Below the pieces are notes generated by a model. That model ran no database searches, had not been told where the DNA came from, and saw only the letters and a list, made by a program, of their open reading frames with translations. 64,000 nucleotides of DNA from Octopus vulgaris (lineage: Eukaryota): the NCBI GenBank assembly GCA_951406725.2, contig OX597819.1, positions 70,432,001 to 70,496,000 of the forward strand, in the 5' to 3' direction. A program made the translations under genes and the position numbers. Of the stretch, positions 39,010 through 51,777 are shown piece after piece. Numbering within the stretch: the stretch's first letter is position 1; each line of letters begins with the position of its first letter.

Positions 39010-40334
39010 TGGTAGAACTGACATGATAAGGTGTGTGACAAAGTTGGACCTTTAAATCACTGGTACAATCCATATGAAAGGCTTCCACACAGTTTCCATC
39101 TACTCAATTTCATTATGGGTCAGACCAAGGCTATAGAAAATGATACTGCAAAGTCGTGACAGATTATATTTACTACTATGTGTCAAGAGAATGTATAGTC
39201 TTGTACATTTGTCTGTGTGTTTGTATGTGTGTGTATGTGTGTGTGTGTCTGTGCAGGGGTGTGTTTGTGTGTATGTGTTTGTGCAGGGGTGTGTTTGTTG
39301 TGTGTGTGTACAGTGTTTGCACACAAGTGAATATGAGTGTGCAGGCACATGTCTGCTTGTACGTGTGTGTGTGTGTGTGTGTAGCTGTATATGGAGTGGC
39401 AGGTATGTGTGTATGTGTGTGAACATTTGGCTTCCTAGGTTTTCCTTTCATCTATTCATGTATATGCATTTGTACAGACATGAATTTGAATACTATGATT
39501 GAGAGTCTTATAACAAATTCACTGACCTTCGAATGACCCCTCCCTACCTTACACTCAACACTAATTCACCTTCCTCTCATTATCATTATATCCTAATTTT
39601 TCTTCTTCTCACTCTCACTGCTCCTCTCCACTCTCTCTCTCTCTCATTGCTTCGTTTCTATGAATTCTGAGGCTCACATAAGAGTGAACTATCTTGGCAA
39701 TGAGTTTTTAGTAACAAGGACACAACCTATTGAACTTTGACTGGTTGTCCAATAACCCATAAACTGGGCCATCCATGCGCTTTGTGTGAAAGCACGTGTG
39801 TGTGTGTGTGTGTGTGTAAGCCATAGGTAGTTTAATTACTAGGATGTTAGACAGTCGACTGAATCTGTCGTGGTTCATAAGCTGTCACTATCCCTACATT
39901 GTGTCCATGCACATTGGTGTAGCACAGATCAGTAATGTAAGCTGGCACCAAGAAGTAGCACAGTATAATTTTCTCATGAAGGTACAAGGCTGGAAATGTG
40001 GGGAAAGAGGAAAAGGGAATAGAGGATTATATTGATCCCAGGTAACTATTGTAGTTCAGTTGTGATGCATGACTGGTTAGCTTGTAGTTTGGTTTCAGAT
40101 CACTGCTACAAGTTATAGCCTCTGGCTAGCTGTGTTCCCTTTATAAACATTATATGAAGACAAGGTCTTCAAATGGTGATCTTACAACCTAATGGGTTAT
40201 GGTAACTGACCCCGGCCTTTTGTGCACCCTGGACAGGTTTCATAGAAGAAATCTTCTCATGAACCCAGGGATCACAGACATAAGAAAATGTAATGGTGTA
40301 CATAATAATAATTATTACACATGTAATGCTCACG

Positions 40335-40722
40335 TGCTGGTGACATGCAATAAGCACCATTCATGTGTGGTTCATTGTCAGTGCCACCTGACTGGCTACC
40401 CATGCCGGTGGCGCGTAAAAAGCATCATCTAAATGTGGTTGATGTTAGCCACACCACCACGACTGGCTCCTGTGCCAGTAGCATGTAAAAAGCACCATCC
40501 GAACGTAGCTGATGCCAGTGCCGCCTGACTGGCTCCTGTACCAGTGGCACATAAAAAGCTCCCATTACGCTCTCAGGATGGTTGGCATTAGGAAGGGCAC
40601 TCATCTGTAGAAACATTGCCAGATCAGATTGGAGCTTGGTGCAGCCGCTGGCTCTCCAGTCCCCAGTCAAACTGTCCAACCCATGCCAGCATGGAAAACG
40701 GGCGTTAAACGATGATAATGAT
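40335..40722 (+). mobile_element. 3'-UTR-only copy of the RTE LINE
   Basis: Three to four ~65-bp units plus the conserved terminus. Confidence 0.85.
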
Positions 40723-40983
40723 GTAATACATATATCTAATGCAAAAAAAAAAATCCTGTAGACTACAGTAATCAATAAAATAGAAATGAAATTTACAAAT
40801 TTATTCTTTCTGTGCAGCTTGGGATCAAATGTTCCCCTGGTTATGGGACACTCTCTCTCCATCTCATATATTCATATACATGCATGCACACATATATGCA
40901 TTATTATTAGTCTCCACCAGTGGTTCTCAACCATTTTTTACCTATGGACCCCTATGATTCCTATTTTGCTCAGTAATTGTAAT

Positions 40984-41452
40984 CAGTGGCAGACTGGCCA
41001 GGTTGCCAGCTTGCCCAATGCTAAGTGGGCTCCTGCACCATAAGAATCCATATGTGGGGTCCCATGTTAGTATCTAAGGGGCCCACCCTCTCAAGTTTGA
41101 GAATTTTTTATTCACTCCTGGAATAATGCATTGGTTATTTCAGCCTGGCTGTGTTTGTAGACAGTTGTAAAGAATACTTTTAACAAAAAAAAAATCAAAT
41201 GATAGCATTGTTGTTGTGGGTGAGCACCCCCTTGTAGTTGTGGGTGGGCCTCCTTGTAGTTGAGAATGGGCCCCCTTTGTAGTTGCAGATGGGCCCCCTT
41301 TGTAGTTGCAGGTGGGCCCCTTTGTAGTTGCAGGTGGGCCCCTTTGTAGTTGCAGGTGGGCCCCCTAGTAGTTGTGGGTGGGCCCCCTTGTAGTTGCAGG
41401 TGGGCCCCCTTAGTCTCCTGCAACCAATGTTTTTAGACCTAGTCCGCAACTG
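40984..41452. mobile_element. MITE with 8-bp TSD and internal ~21-bp tandem repeat, nested in a hAT MITE (40918-41602)
   Basis: TIR CAGTGGCAGACT / AGTCCGCAACTG; TSD ATTGTAAT / CTTGTAGT; unit TTGTAGTTGCAGGTGGGCCCC repeated over about 41210-41410. Confidence 0.75.
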
Positions 41453-41979
41453 CTTGTAGTCAACTATTAGGAAATATATAAAAAAAGGTTGTTAAAATAT
41501 TTTTTATATTGTGGAAGTATGACCAGTTTATCGCACATAAATTTTAACCACAAAATCTTATGTGAACTCCCAAAGGTCCTACGGACCTTAGTTGAGAGCC
41601 ATCAGTCTACTATTTACTCTGTTTCTGCTTAATCTCTAACCAGGCACAAATCATTACATCTCAAACAACAGTGAGTACTTAGAGCTGACTTTTAGTTTGC
41701 TTTTTTGTAGATTTTATTTCGCTTTGAACTATTTCTGTCAGTTAAAACTTCAAAATAGTAACTGTCCTGCTTTAGACTGTTCTGAATGAAGGCTTACCAA
41801 GTAAGTTAAGCAAAGTTTGTGGAAAATGTAGCGAGTTTTTGAGAAAAATGTTAAATAAAATAACAAAACAAAGTATAGAGTTAATAATAGTAACGGTGAA
41901 TAAATGAATAACAGAGTTAATATAATGTGGATTCAAGGATGCATGACTGAGTCTTATCTAATGTTTTTCTATTTTTATA

Positions 41980-42175
41980 ATCACCATCATCATCTGCACC
42001 ATCATCATTGTCGTGAACACCACCATCATTGTTGTCGTCACCACCACCACCACAATCATCAGCTTCATCACAACCACCATCATCATCATCACCACTACTA
42101 CCACCATCACAACCATCATCATTATCACCCCTACTGCCACAAGCATAATCAACATCACCACCACCATCATCACCA
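41980..42175. repeat. (CAT/CAC)n microsatellite
   Basis: Direct inspection; explains the poly-His ORF. Confidence 0.95.
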
Positions 42176-43092
42176 ATGTCTTAATGTTCATTCTTTGTTG
42201 TTGTGGGTTAGACACATTACAATACAGTATATTGTCACTCGTCTCAAGCTTCAGCCTTTAGAGGCCCACTATCTGCAACCTTAATCTCATCATAGTTCCT
42301 TCTTTAAACACATTAAAACAGACTCAGTTTGTTCCTTATTTACACCCACCTCACCACTCTTCTCCTGTATTCTTTTGAGCCAACAAATCCTCACCACTCT
42401 TTCCTTAACACCCACATGGAAATTTATAGGGTTTTATCCCAATTTTATCTTTCTCTTTCATGGTACAGTGACATATGAAAATAGTTTTCTGTTTTATTTC
42501 ATTATATCCTCATCATCTTCATTTAACATCTGTTTTCCATGCTGGCATGGGTTGGACATTTTTGACTGGAGCTAGCAAGCTGGAGAGCTGCTGCATACTC
42601 CAGTTGTCTGTTTTGGTTTGGTTTCTACAGCCAGTTACCCTTCCTAAAATGCCAATGATTTTACAGATAGTTCTGGGTACTTTTTTATATAGCATCAGCA
42701 CAGACCCTTTTTACATGGCACCAGCACTAGCACTGGTGGGGTCACTGAGTAACTTGCAAAACAAAGACCTCTTGATTGAGAGAAAGAATGGAACAGGTGA
42801 GAGGCTAGTGTATGACAGAGAAATAGACAAAGCTGTCTTATTATAGAGGAGATACTCAGCTACCCCAGTAGGACAAGGAAGGTGGGAAAAAGATAGGGAG
42901 AAAGATAAAGAGAAATAGATGGTGTTGGAGATGTGAATGTATATGGAAGGGCAGAGGTGATCAGAGTTGTTGGATCAAATGATTAAATACCTGACAGTAC
43001 TTCGTCAAGTCCTCTTACATATTGATTTAAAATAGCAGAGTTCATTATCCTCCCAGAACTGGTTTACAGCAAGGCTAAATATATATATTCTT

Positions 43093-43406
43093 CAGTTCTA
43101 TATTTAAGAGATGAGGAATTATGTACATTATTTACATTTGATGGGCATATGGCATAGTGGTTAAGAGCATGGGCTATTAACCCCAAGATTCCTAGTTCGA
43201 TTCCAGGCAGTGACCTGAATAATAATAATAATAGTAATAATAATAATAATAATAACAACAACAACATCAAAAAATATCTTAGGAATGAGAAGCCAGGTTC
43301 AAAATTTCCCCAAGACACCTGATGAAGGCTGGAGGGTATATCAGCTGAAACGTTGTGTTAACAACAAACAAGATAATGACAAATATCCGTCAAATGTAAA
43401 TAATGT
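43093..43406 (+). mobile_element. tRNA-headed short retroelement with Penelope-type tail and an inverted 3'-end fragment at its 5' junction
   Basis: A-box TGGCATAGTGG 43150-43160, B-box GTTCGATTCC 43195-43204, (AAT)n linker, hammerhead. 43125-43144 is the reverse complement of 43387-43406 (one mismatch). Confidence 0.8.
43314..43359 (+). ncRNA. Minimal type I hammerhead ribozyme motif
   Basis: GACAC-CTGATGA-A-GGCTGG-agggtata-TCAGCT-GAAA-CG-TT-GTGTT. Stem I GACAC/GTGTT, stem II 6 bp, palindromic stem III (AACGTT), predicted cleavage after 43354. Confidence 0.75.
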
Positions 43407-43929
43407 GTATATATATTCTTGTACAGAATTAAGTCGTAAACTATACCATAAAGTATGTGTGTGTGGGAGGGAGGGAGGGAGGAAGGGCGTTAGATTTGTT
43501 ATATTTGTTTTGTCTTGGGAAAAAGAATAGGTCTTATATTATTTTTTAAATCCATTGAGAATAATGCATCAAAAGAATTATATTTCTATGGCTTGGTTTA
43601 AAGAAGTCAATTCATCGCTCATGACTGTGCTGCCACTGTTTCAATCATTGTCAATTTACACATGTTGGCGCTTTTATTGAATAAATTTACTCCTTAGTAT
43701 TTCAAAATATTTTAATGTAATTTTGGTAAATATATCTGTTAAAATGAGATGTCAGTATTATTTTCATTTTTGTGTAATTTAGACAACAATTTATTCACCA
43801 CACCCTGTATATAGCTAATGTCGAAAGTTTCCATAGAAAAGTAAAAATGAAAGAAGAGTTCTTTGTGTAGTCAATTGAGCTGAATGTTATTAAAAATATA
43901 GTCTACCAGCCTAAGATTATATTATTAAT

Positions 43930-44790
43930 CATCATCATTTAATGTCTGCTTTCCATGCTGGCATGAGTTTGATGGTTCAACAGCTGCTGACAAACTGGAG
44001 CTACATCAGGCTCCATTTGTCTGCTTTGACACAATTTCTATGGCTGGATACCCTTCCTTGTGCCAATCACTTTAAAGAGTGTACTGGATGCTTTCAACAT
44101 GGCTTTCAACAAGTGTTTTTTACCCAGCACCAGTGCTTTTTACGTGGCACCGGTATAGGTGCTTTTTATGTGGTACCAGTACAGGTGCTTTTTATGTGGT
44201 ACCAGTACAGGTGCTTTTTATTTGGCACCAGCACAGGTGCTTTTTATGTGGCACCAGTACAGGTGCTTTTTACGTGGCACCAGCACAGGTGCTTTTTATG
44301 TGGTACCAGCACAGGTGCTTTTTACATTGCACTGGTACAGGTTTTTATGTGGCACCAGCACAAGTGCTTTTTATGTGATACCAGTAATGTGCTTTTTACA
44401 TGGTGCCAGTACAGGTGCTTTTTATGTGTTATCAGTACAGGTGCTTTTTACGTGGCACCAGCACAGGTGCTTTTTACGTGGTACCAGAACAGGTGCTTTT
44501 TATGTGGTACCAGTATAGGTGCTTTTTGTGGTACCAGCACAGGTGCTTTTTATGTGTTACCAGCACAAGTGCTTTTTATGTGGTACCAGTACTGGTGCTT
44601 TTTATGTGGTACCAGAACAGGTGCTTTTTATGTGACACCAGCATAGGTGCTTTTTATGTGGCACCAGCACAGGTGCTTTTTATGTGGTACCAGTAAGGTG
44701 CTTTTTACATGGCACCAGTACAGCTGCTTTTTACATGGTACCAGTGGGGTCACCAAGTAGCTTGCAAGACAAGGATCCCACAGCTGAGAG
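43930..44790 (-). mobile_element. RTE 3'-UTR-derived element with ~23 x 26-bp minisatellite
   Basis: Terminus CATCATCATTTAATGTCTGCTTTCCATGCTGGCATG at the left; unit GGTGCTTTTTATGTGGTACCAGYACA repeated over about 44132-44745. Confidence 0.85.
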
Positions 44791-45768
44791 AGGGAGTGGG
44801 TCTGGGGGAAGTGGCTGTGAGCCAGGTGATACATCTATGTGCATGTGTGTGTTTATATTCACCTTTACACTCCATGGAAGCCACTCAGTAGGAGCAGTGT
44901 TGTTGTCATCTTTCCTGTCAAGAAATCATCTGCTTGCTTTGCACCTTTGATGAAATATGAAATATGATCCCTCATTCGAAAAACAGTTAATCGTTAGCAA
45001 CAGGAAAAGCATCCATCTGTAAAACAATGCTTTGTTTGTTGGTTCACTTTATGGACATAAAATGTACAAATAAATGAACGAACCTCTACTCTTTAACAAA
45101 CCATGTTATAAGGCACAAGGAGGTGCTGTAGCAAGCACCGTATCATTATATCAAGTTATCTTTAGACTGGAAACCTTGTCTGAATTCTTGCAACAGAATG
45201 GATTCTGCCAAAGACACTCAAGAACCAGACAATGGTATTAATCTGGTAACTGATAAGATTTCTCACCCAAACATTTAGTTTAAATCCTTAAATCCTTAAA
45301 AATGTTTTAGCCCGAAAGCCGCGGCCATGCTGGGGCATAATGAGCAGATTTACATTGGTTGTTTCTTTTATTTTGTATTTGTTTCAGTCTGTGGCCATGC
45401 TGGGGCACTGCCTTGAAAAATTTTTAGTTGAATCAATCAATTCCAGTACTTTTTTTTAAAGCCTGGTACTTATTCTACCAGCCTCTTTTGCTGAACTGCT
45501 AAGTTAAGAGGACATAAACACACCAACACCTGTTGTCAAGTGGTAGCGAAAGGCAAACACTGACTTGAAGACACAGACACACACATGTATATAATTAAAG
45601 TGACAGAAACAGTATTAACACCAAAAAGTAAAATTTATCCCCACTTAATATTGGATATTGTGTTATATCTGCCATGAGAAAATCTCTCATATGGTCTGCT
45701 GGTGCATATGAGCACTCTTGTTAACGTTGCTAGCAGGAGAGAATCACTGCCATCTCTGCTGCTAAGAT

Positions 45769-45813
45769 TATCAAATCACATGATTTCGGCCTTCTTTGGC
45801 CTTGTCAATGGTA
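45769..45813 (-). ncRNA. Degenerate hammerhead motif (core decayed)
   Basis: Minus strand: TACCA-TTGACAA-GGCC-aaagaa-GGCC-GAAA-TCATGTGA-TT-TGATA. Same stem III as 27466-27511; CTGACGA appears mutated to TTGACAA. Confidence 0.4.
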
Positions 45814-46145
45814 GATACCTGGCTGCTGGAAATAGTAATTGTCCTGCTAGCAATATATATAAAATCACAGAGTCTAATCAGCCACTAGTGTTTCTTTTAA
45901 GTAGTGATAAATTTTACCCTTTGGTCTTAATACAACTCCTGTTACTTTAGTTATTTTTAATAAGCCCAGTGGCTTTTAGTACCCAGTATACTTACTATAC
46001 GATGGCTGGTGTTAGGCAAGACATACAACTGTAGAAACTATGTCGAAGCAGATGTTGGAGCTTCATGTAGTCTTCTGGCTTTTCAACTCCTGCCAAACTG
46101 AACAACCTATGCCAACATGGAAAAGGGACATTAAATGGTAATGAT

Positions 46146-46207
<62 letters not shown>

Positions 46208-47207
46208 AGTTCGTTATATCACTATGTTGACAATCTACTTAGTTTTTTTTCAAATTACTGTGTATGTATATATATATATATATATATATAAGAGAACAAC
46301 ATACATACATACACACATGCACATATGCATGTGTGTGTAAGGCATCATTTTAAAACTGGTGAGTAGAAAATTATTGAATAACAAAAGTACTTTATTAGTG
46401 TGTGTGTGTGCATATGTACTACACACATCACACACATCTAGATTTACACCATTCACACACACACACGAACTCAGAACTGTTGTGGCATGTATCAAATTCC
46501 CAAATTATTGCCAAATATTCTTCACTGCTTACCTCGGCACCTCACCATCAATTATTTATGCTTATTCTAACAATTACAACCATGACAGTTATTTCATATT
46601 CCTTCTTTCTTTCCTTCTTCCTTTCTTTCCTTCCTTCTTTCTTCCTTCCTTCCTTCCTTCCTTCCTTCCTGCCTTCTTTTCTTTCCTTCTTTCCTTCTTC
46701 CTTTCTTTCCTTCTTTCTTTCTATCTTTCTTTCTTTCTTCCTTTCTAGCTAATCTACTTGGATAGTTTTACTAAATAGCCTTCATTACAAGCGTAATGTC
46801 ACTGAAATTTAACCATGCCATCTTGCCTTGCCTTACTGAAAACCCTTTTAGTTTTTGTCTGTTGGTGCTGTCATGATTATTTCTGGTTTTTAGTGTTTAC
46901 AGTTCCAAAAATTTTATGAGGCAAGTGAAACCCCACCTCCCCGTATTACTTACACATCCTTCCTCCCCAGACCCTGCCCACTGTAATTCTCCTACCTTTC
47001 TTATGTTGGATTTACACTCCAGTTACTACTCCCCATGCCTGCTGTTCAAATCAATCATTAACCACATTAAAATTAATTATATGTCTCATCCTGAATGTAT
47101 TTATATGTATGTATGCACGTTTGCATGTGTGTATGTACATAAATGTGTATGTATGTACATACATATATATCGTATCATATAGTTATCTATCTATATACAT
47201 ACATATA

Positions 47208-47590
47208 GGGTACGACGGGTAGATTGTTGCCATTTTATATTTTTTATTTCGAGCATGCGCGGTGTTTGTTTTTGATTTTGTCGACTACACAGCATAGTAG
47301 AGTCAGTTGAGCACTGTCTATGAGAAAAACGGCACCTTGACGCAATTCACTCTGATGGAAATTTGGAAACATGTACTGCGCTTGCTATTTGTGCTAGAAG
47401 CTCCAATATGAATATTTCATAGTGTTTGGGTGTCAATCCTGAGGACAGTGCAATGTGAGTATATGTACCGAGAGTGATTAAAATCAAACATCCAGTCAAC
47501 ATTATGGTGTTTGGTGAGATCACTAGTGATGGCAACGTTATGCCTTCATTCATCTCCTCACATTGCCTCAGACTCAACACGGAGGCCTTG
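47208..47590 (+). mobile_element. Tc1/mariner (maT/DD37D-like) transposon remnant, internally deleted
   Basis: Begins after TA with GGGTACGACGGG. About 47465-47587 translates as VPRVIKIKHPVNIMVFGEITSDGNVMPSFISSHCLRLNTEA, like the KHP..VMV.G....G..PP.F....L region of DD37D transposases. Confidence 0.65.
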
Positions 47591-47671
47591 TAGTATAACT
47601 CCAGGCTGACCAAAGCCTTGTGAATGGATTTAGCTAACAGAAACTAAAAGAAGTCTGTTGTTTATATATTT

Positions 47672-47869
47672 GGCACCAGTGCAGGTGGCACGTAAAAAGC
47701 ACCCACTACACTCACGGAGTGGTTGGCGTTAGGAAGGGCATCCAGCTGTAGAAACATTGCCAGATAAGACCGGAGCCTGGTGCAGCCTTCTGGCTTCCCA
47801 GATCCCCGGTCGAACAGTCCAACCCATGCTAGTATGGAGAACGGACGTTAAACGATGATGATGATGATG
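47672..47869 (+). mobile_element. Short, little-diverged 3'-end copy of the RTE LINE
   Basis: Near-identical to 2670-2858, with CpGs retained. Confidence 0.9.
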
Positions 47870-48104
47870 ATATATATATATATATATATGTTTGCTTATC
47901 TGTGTGTGAGGAGTTTGAGTAGCAGAGGGGTAATGCACATGGGTTACTTCCATGGGGGAAATATTATCTTACCTAGAAACAGGTAAGGGTGAGCAGCAGG
48001 AAAGGTAACTGATCACAGAACATCTGCCTTGACAAGTTCTGTTTGACCCAGGCAAGCATGGAAATATGTAAGCTATATTGATAAACAAGGCCATGTATGT
48101 ATTC

Positions 48105-48885
48105 TTTTATTCTTTTACTTTGTTTCAGTCATTTGACTGCGGCCATGCTGGAATACTGCCTTTAGTCAAACAAATCAACCCCATGACTTATTCTTTGTAA
48201 GCCTAGTACTTATTCTATCAGTCTCTTTTGCTGAACCGCTGAGGTACAGGCATGCAAACATACCAACATCGGTTGTCAGGCGATGGTGGTGGGGACAAAC
48301 ACAGACAAACAAGCATATATATGTTAGCAGGCATCATCATCATCATCGTCGTTTAACGTCTGTTTTCCATGCTGGCATGGGTTGGACGGTTCGACTGGGG
48401 TCTGGGAAGCCAGGAGGCTGCACCAGGCCCCAATCTGATCTGGCAGTGTTTCTACAGCTGGATGCCTTCCTAAACCCAACCACTCCGAGAATGTAGTGGG
48501 TGCTTTTTACATGCCACCGGCACAGGAGCCAGAGGAGCTGGCATTGACCATGATCGGATGGTGCTTTTTACATGCCACCGGCACGGAAGCCAGTCAAAGC
48601 ACCACTGGTATCGGCCACATTCAAATGGTGCTTTTTACGTGCTACTGGCACAGAGGTCACAAATACAATTTCCATTTGATTTGATTTTGATATTGATGAT
48701 GATGTACTCGACTCAATAGGTACAGCGGGCTTCTTTCAGTTTCTGTCTACCAAATCCACTTACAAGGCTTCAGTTGGACCAAGGTTATAGTAGAAGACAC
48801 TTGCCCAAGGTGCCATGCAGTGGGACTGAACCCAGAACCTTGCAGTTGGAAAGCAAGCTTCTTGCCACACAGCCATGCCTGCACC
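48105..48885 (-). mobile_element. SINE family A interrupted by an RTE 3'-UTR copy (48333-48720, minus)
   Basis: SINE 3' half at 48105-48320, RTE terminus and units, SINE 5' half at 48725-48885. Confidence 0.8.
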
Positions 48886-49409
48886 TATTTATGTAAATGT
48901 ATGTGTGTGTGTGTATTTATAAAGAAAGTGTAATTTTTTACATCAACATACCCCATCTTCTTAAATAAACAAAAATAAAAGACCAACAAATATTTACTTT
49001 TCTTTTGCACTTTGATAATTTCGTCATTATATGGTTAAATGGATGTAAGTGAATGTGGTTTTACAATATCATTAATATTATCCAAATGGATATATTTTTA
49101 TGTTATTAGCTAGACAATAAATAGAAACTGTCCTCATTTTTCTTAATGCAGGTCAGACAAGCCTGCTGTATAGTTACCAGTATTTCCCTAGAGAACACCG
49201 TTTAGGAACCACTGATAAAGCTATTTGAAATGGTTTGTGTTGTAGACAACATTTCGTTGCTGCTGGTTGCTCTTTTACTTAAGTATGCTAATAGTTGCAG
49301 TCCTCTTTGCCAGCATCTAGTAACAAGATTTGTTCATTATTTTAATATCAGTATCATTTTTCAATGATGATGATGGATAATACTACTACTACTAATAATA
49401 ATAATTAAT

Positions 49410-49684
49410 TTTTTTTATTAGCCACAAGGGCTCATATACAAAACATTAATTGACATGCAACAAGATAAAAAACAAAAACAAGATGATACAATGGGTTTTC
49501 GCGTGTATACAATATAAATAACTGTTAAAAATTAAAGAAATTAAACTCCCTGTAGGGGAGTCACTTTGAGGTCCAGGTAGAAAAATCCACGAAAGCCACA
49601 GGTGCCTGAACAACAGGGCAAGAGCCCCCTTTTTTTCTACAGGTGCATGCTCAGAATTGGTCCTTTCACACTGGCCATTCTTCC

Positions 49685-49685
<1 letters not shown>
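49410..49685 (-). mobile_element. Probable 3' end of another LINE (L1/Tx1-like) inserted in (TAA)n
   Basis: Minus strand ends ...GGCTAATAAAAAAAA; short terminal peptide GRMASVKGPILSMHL* followed by a T-rich UTR; flanked by (TAA)n tracts. Confidence 0.4.
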
Positions 49686-49719
<34 letters not shown>

Positions 49720-49959
49720 TGTTCCACATTTGGCAGAAGGCCATCAGATGTAGGATGATATTGAATCAGTTCCAATATAAATAGTACATCTATTTTATCA
49801 ACCCCAGAGAGATGAAAAGTAAAGTCTGTGAATGCAGGGTTTGAACTCAGAACATAGAAAGGGTAAAAACATAAATATTGATACAGTATTTAGTCCACTA
49901 CTCTACCATTTGTTGCACTTTACATCTTCCTATTTATTACTGTTATCATTATTATTATG

Positions 49960-51415
49960 AAGGCGGCAAGCTGGCAGAAACGTTAGCACGCCAGGTGAAA
50001 TGCTTATCAGTATTTTGTCTGTCTTTAACATTCTGAGTTCAAATTCTGCTGAAGTCGACTTTGCCTTTCATCCTTTTGGGGTTGATAAATTAAGTACCAG
50101 TTATGCACTGGGGTCGATGTAATTGACTGAGTCCCTTTGTCTGTCCTTGTTTGTCCCCTCTATGTTTAGCCCCTTGGGGGCAATAAAGAAATAAGAATCA
50201 TCAGCGTGAAGGAGTGAAATGCTTAGTGGTATTTCGTCTGCCGCTACAATCTGAGTTCAAATTCTACCAAGGTTGACTCTGCCTTTCATCCCTTTGGGGT
50301 CAATAAATTAATTTGAAGCTTTGTGCCTCCAATAGAAAGGATTGTTATTATGAAGGTGGCAGAATCGTTAGTATGCTGAGCAAAATGCTTTGCAGCGTTC
50401 CGTCTGTCTTTACATTCTGAGTTCAAATTCTGCTGAGGTCTTTGCTTTTCTTCCTTTCAGGGTCGATAAATTAAGTACCAGCCAGGTACTGGGGTTGATA
50501 TGATTAACTACCCTTCTGCCTCGAAATTTCAGGCCTTGTGCCTATAGTAGAAAGGATTATTATTATTAAGATGGAGGTGTGGCAGATTTTGTGTATCTTT
50601 ATGTTCTGAGTTCAAATTCCGCCGAGGTTGACTTTGCCTTTTGTTCTTTCAGAAACAATTGAAAGTACCAGTTACACACTGAGGTCGATGTAATCAACTA
50701 GCTCCCGCCCCCAAAGTTTCAAGCTTTGTGCCTATAGTAGAAAGGATTATTATTATTATTATTATTATTATTCTGTGAGCTGGCAGAATCATTAGCACAC
50801 TGGACAAAATACTTCGTGGTATTTTGCCCATTGCTACATTCTGAGTTCAAATACCGCTGAGGTTGACTTTGCCTTTCATCATTTTGGGGTCGATAAATTA
50901 AGTACCAGTGAAACATTGGGGTTGATGTAATCGACTATCCCCCTCCCCCAGATTTCAGGCCTTGTGCCTATAGTAGAAAGGATTATTATTATTATTATTA
51001 TTATTATGGCAGCAAGCTGACATAATTGTTCGCACACTGGACAAAATGCTTAGTGGCAGCTCCTCAGGCTCTTTATGTTCTGAGTTTAAATTCCACTGAG
51101 GTTGACTTTCCATTTCATTCTCCCAGGATCGATAAAATAAATACCACCTGAGCACTGAAGTCAGTATCATTGACTTAACATTGTTATTATTATTATTATT
51201 AAGGTGGTGAGCTGGCAGAGTCGTTAGCACACCAGAAGAAATACTTAGCAGTATTTTGCCTGTCGCTCTGTTCTGAGTTAAAATTCTGCTGAGGTCGAGT
51301 TTGCCTTTCATCCTTTCGGGGTCAATAAATTAAGTACTAGTGAATCACCGAGGTCGATGTAATCGACTAGTCTCTTCTCCCAAAGCTGCTGCTCTTGTGG
51401 TAAAATTTGAAGCCG
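49960..51415 (+). mobile_element. Array of about seven to eight same-orientation SINE family B copies joined by (TTA)n
   Basis: Repeated CTGAGTTCAAATTC...GACTTTGCCTTTCATCCTTT.GGGGTCGATAAATTAAGTACC and tails CTTGTGCCTATAGTAGAAAGG(ATT)n. Confidence 0.88.
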
Positions 51416-51419
51416 TTAT

Positions 51420-51777
51420 TATTTATTGTCTTTGCACAGCTTCTAATGCTGGAGATGTAATACAGTTCACTACCAGTGAACTAAGGTAACACTCCTTATT
51501 TTTCGAACACCCTCCGGAGTATTCGAGCAGTTCCAAGCAGTGCTGTTTTCTGCAAGTACTCCACACTTATTCCAGCCCTTATTTGTTCCATGTGCTTCTC
51601 AAGATTTTTGCTTACTGTTCCCAAGGCTCCGACTACCTCCTTTTTCAGCGACCACAACTGCTTAACCTCCCAAGCTAACCTGTCATATCTATTGACTTTT
51701 CTTCCTTATCGCATACCTTGTTGTCAACTGGGCATGCTATATCTATGATCCAGCATCGTTTGCTTTCTTTTCCTATA

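Noticed and set aside
43144-43210. Functional tRNA gene
   Set aside because: A and B boxes are present but no acceptor stem closes; all tRNA-like sequences in the window are SINE heads.
43942-44646. 234-aa ORF with repeating GTSTGAFY/WYQHRCF peptides
   Set aside because: A 26-bp repeat lacking stops cycles through all frames; it is a minisatellite artefact.
44132-44745. CRISPR-like appearance of the 26-bp and ~63-bp arrays
   Set aside because: Units are directly tandem or have mutually homologous middles rather than unique spacers, they lie in a LINE 3' UTR in animal DNA, and there are no cas genes.
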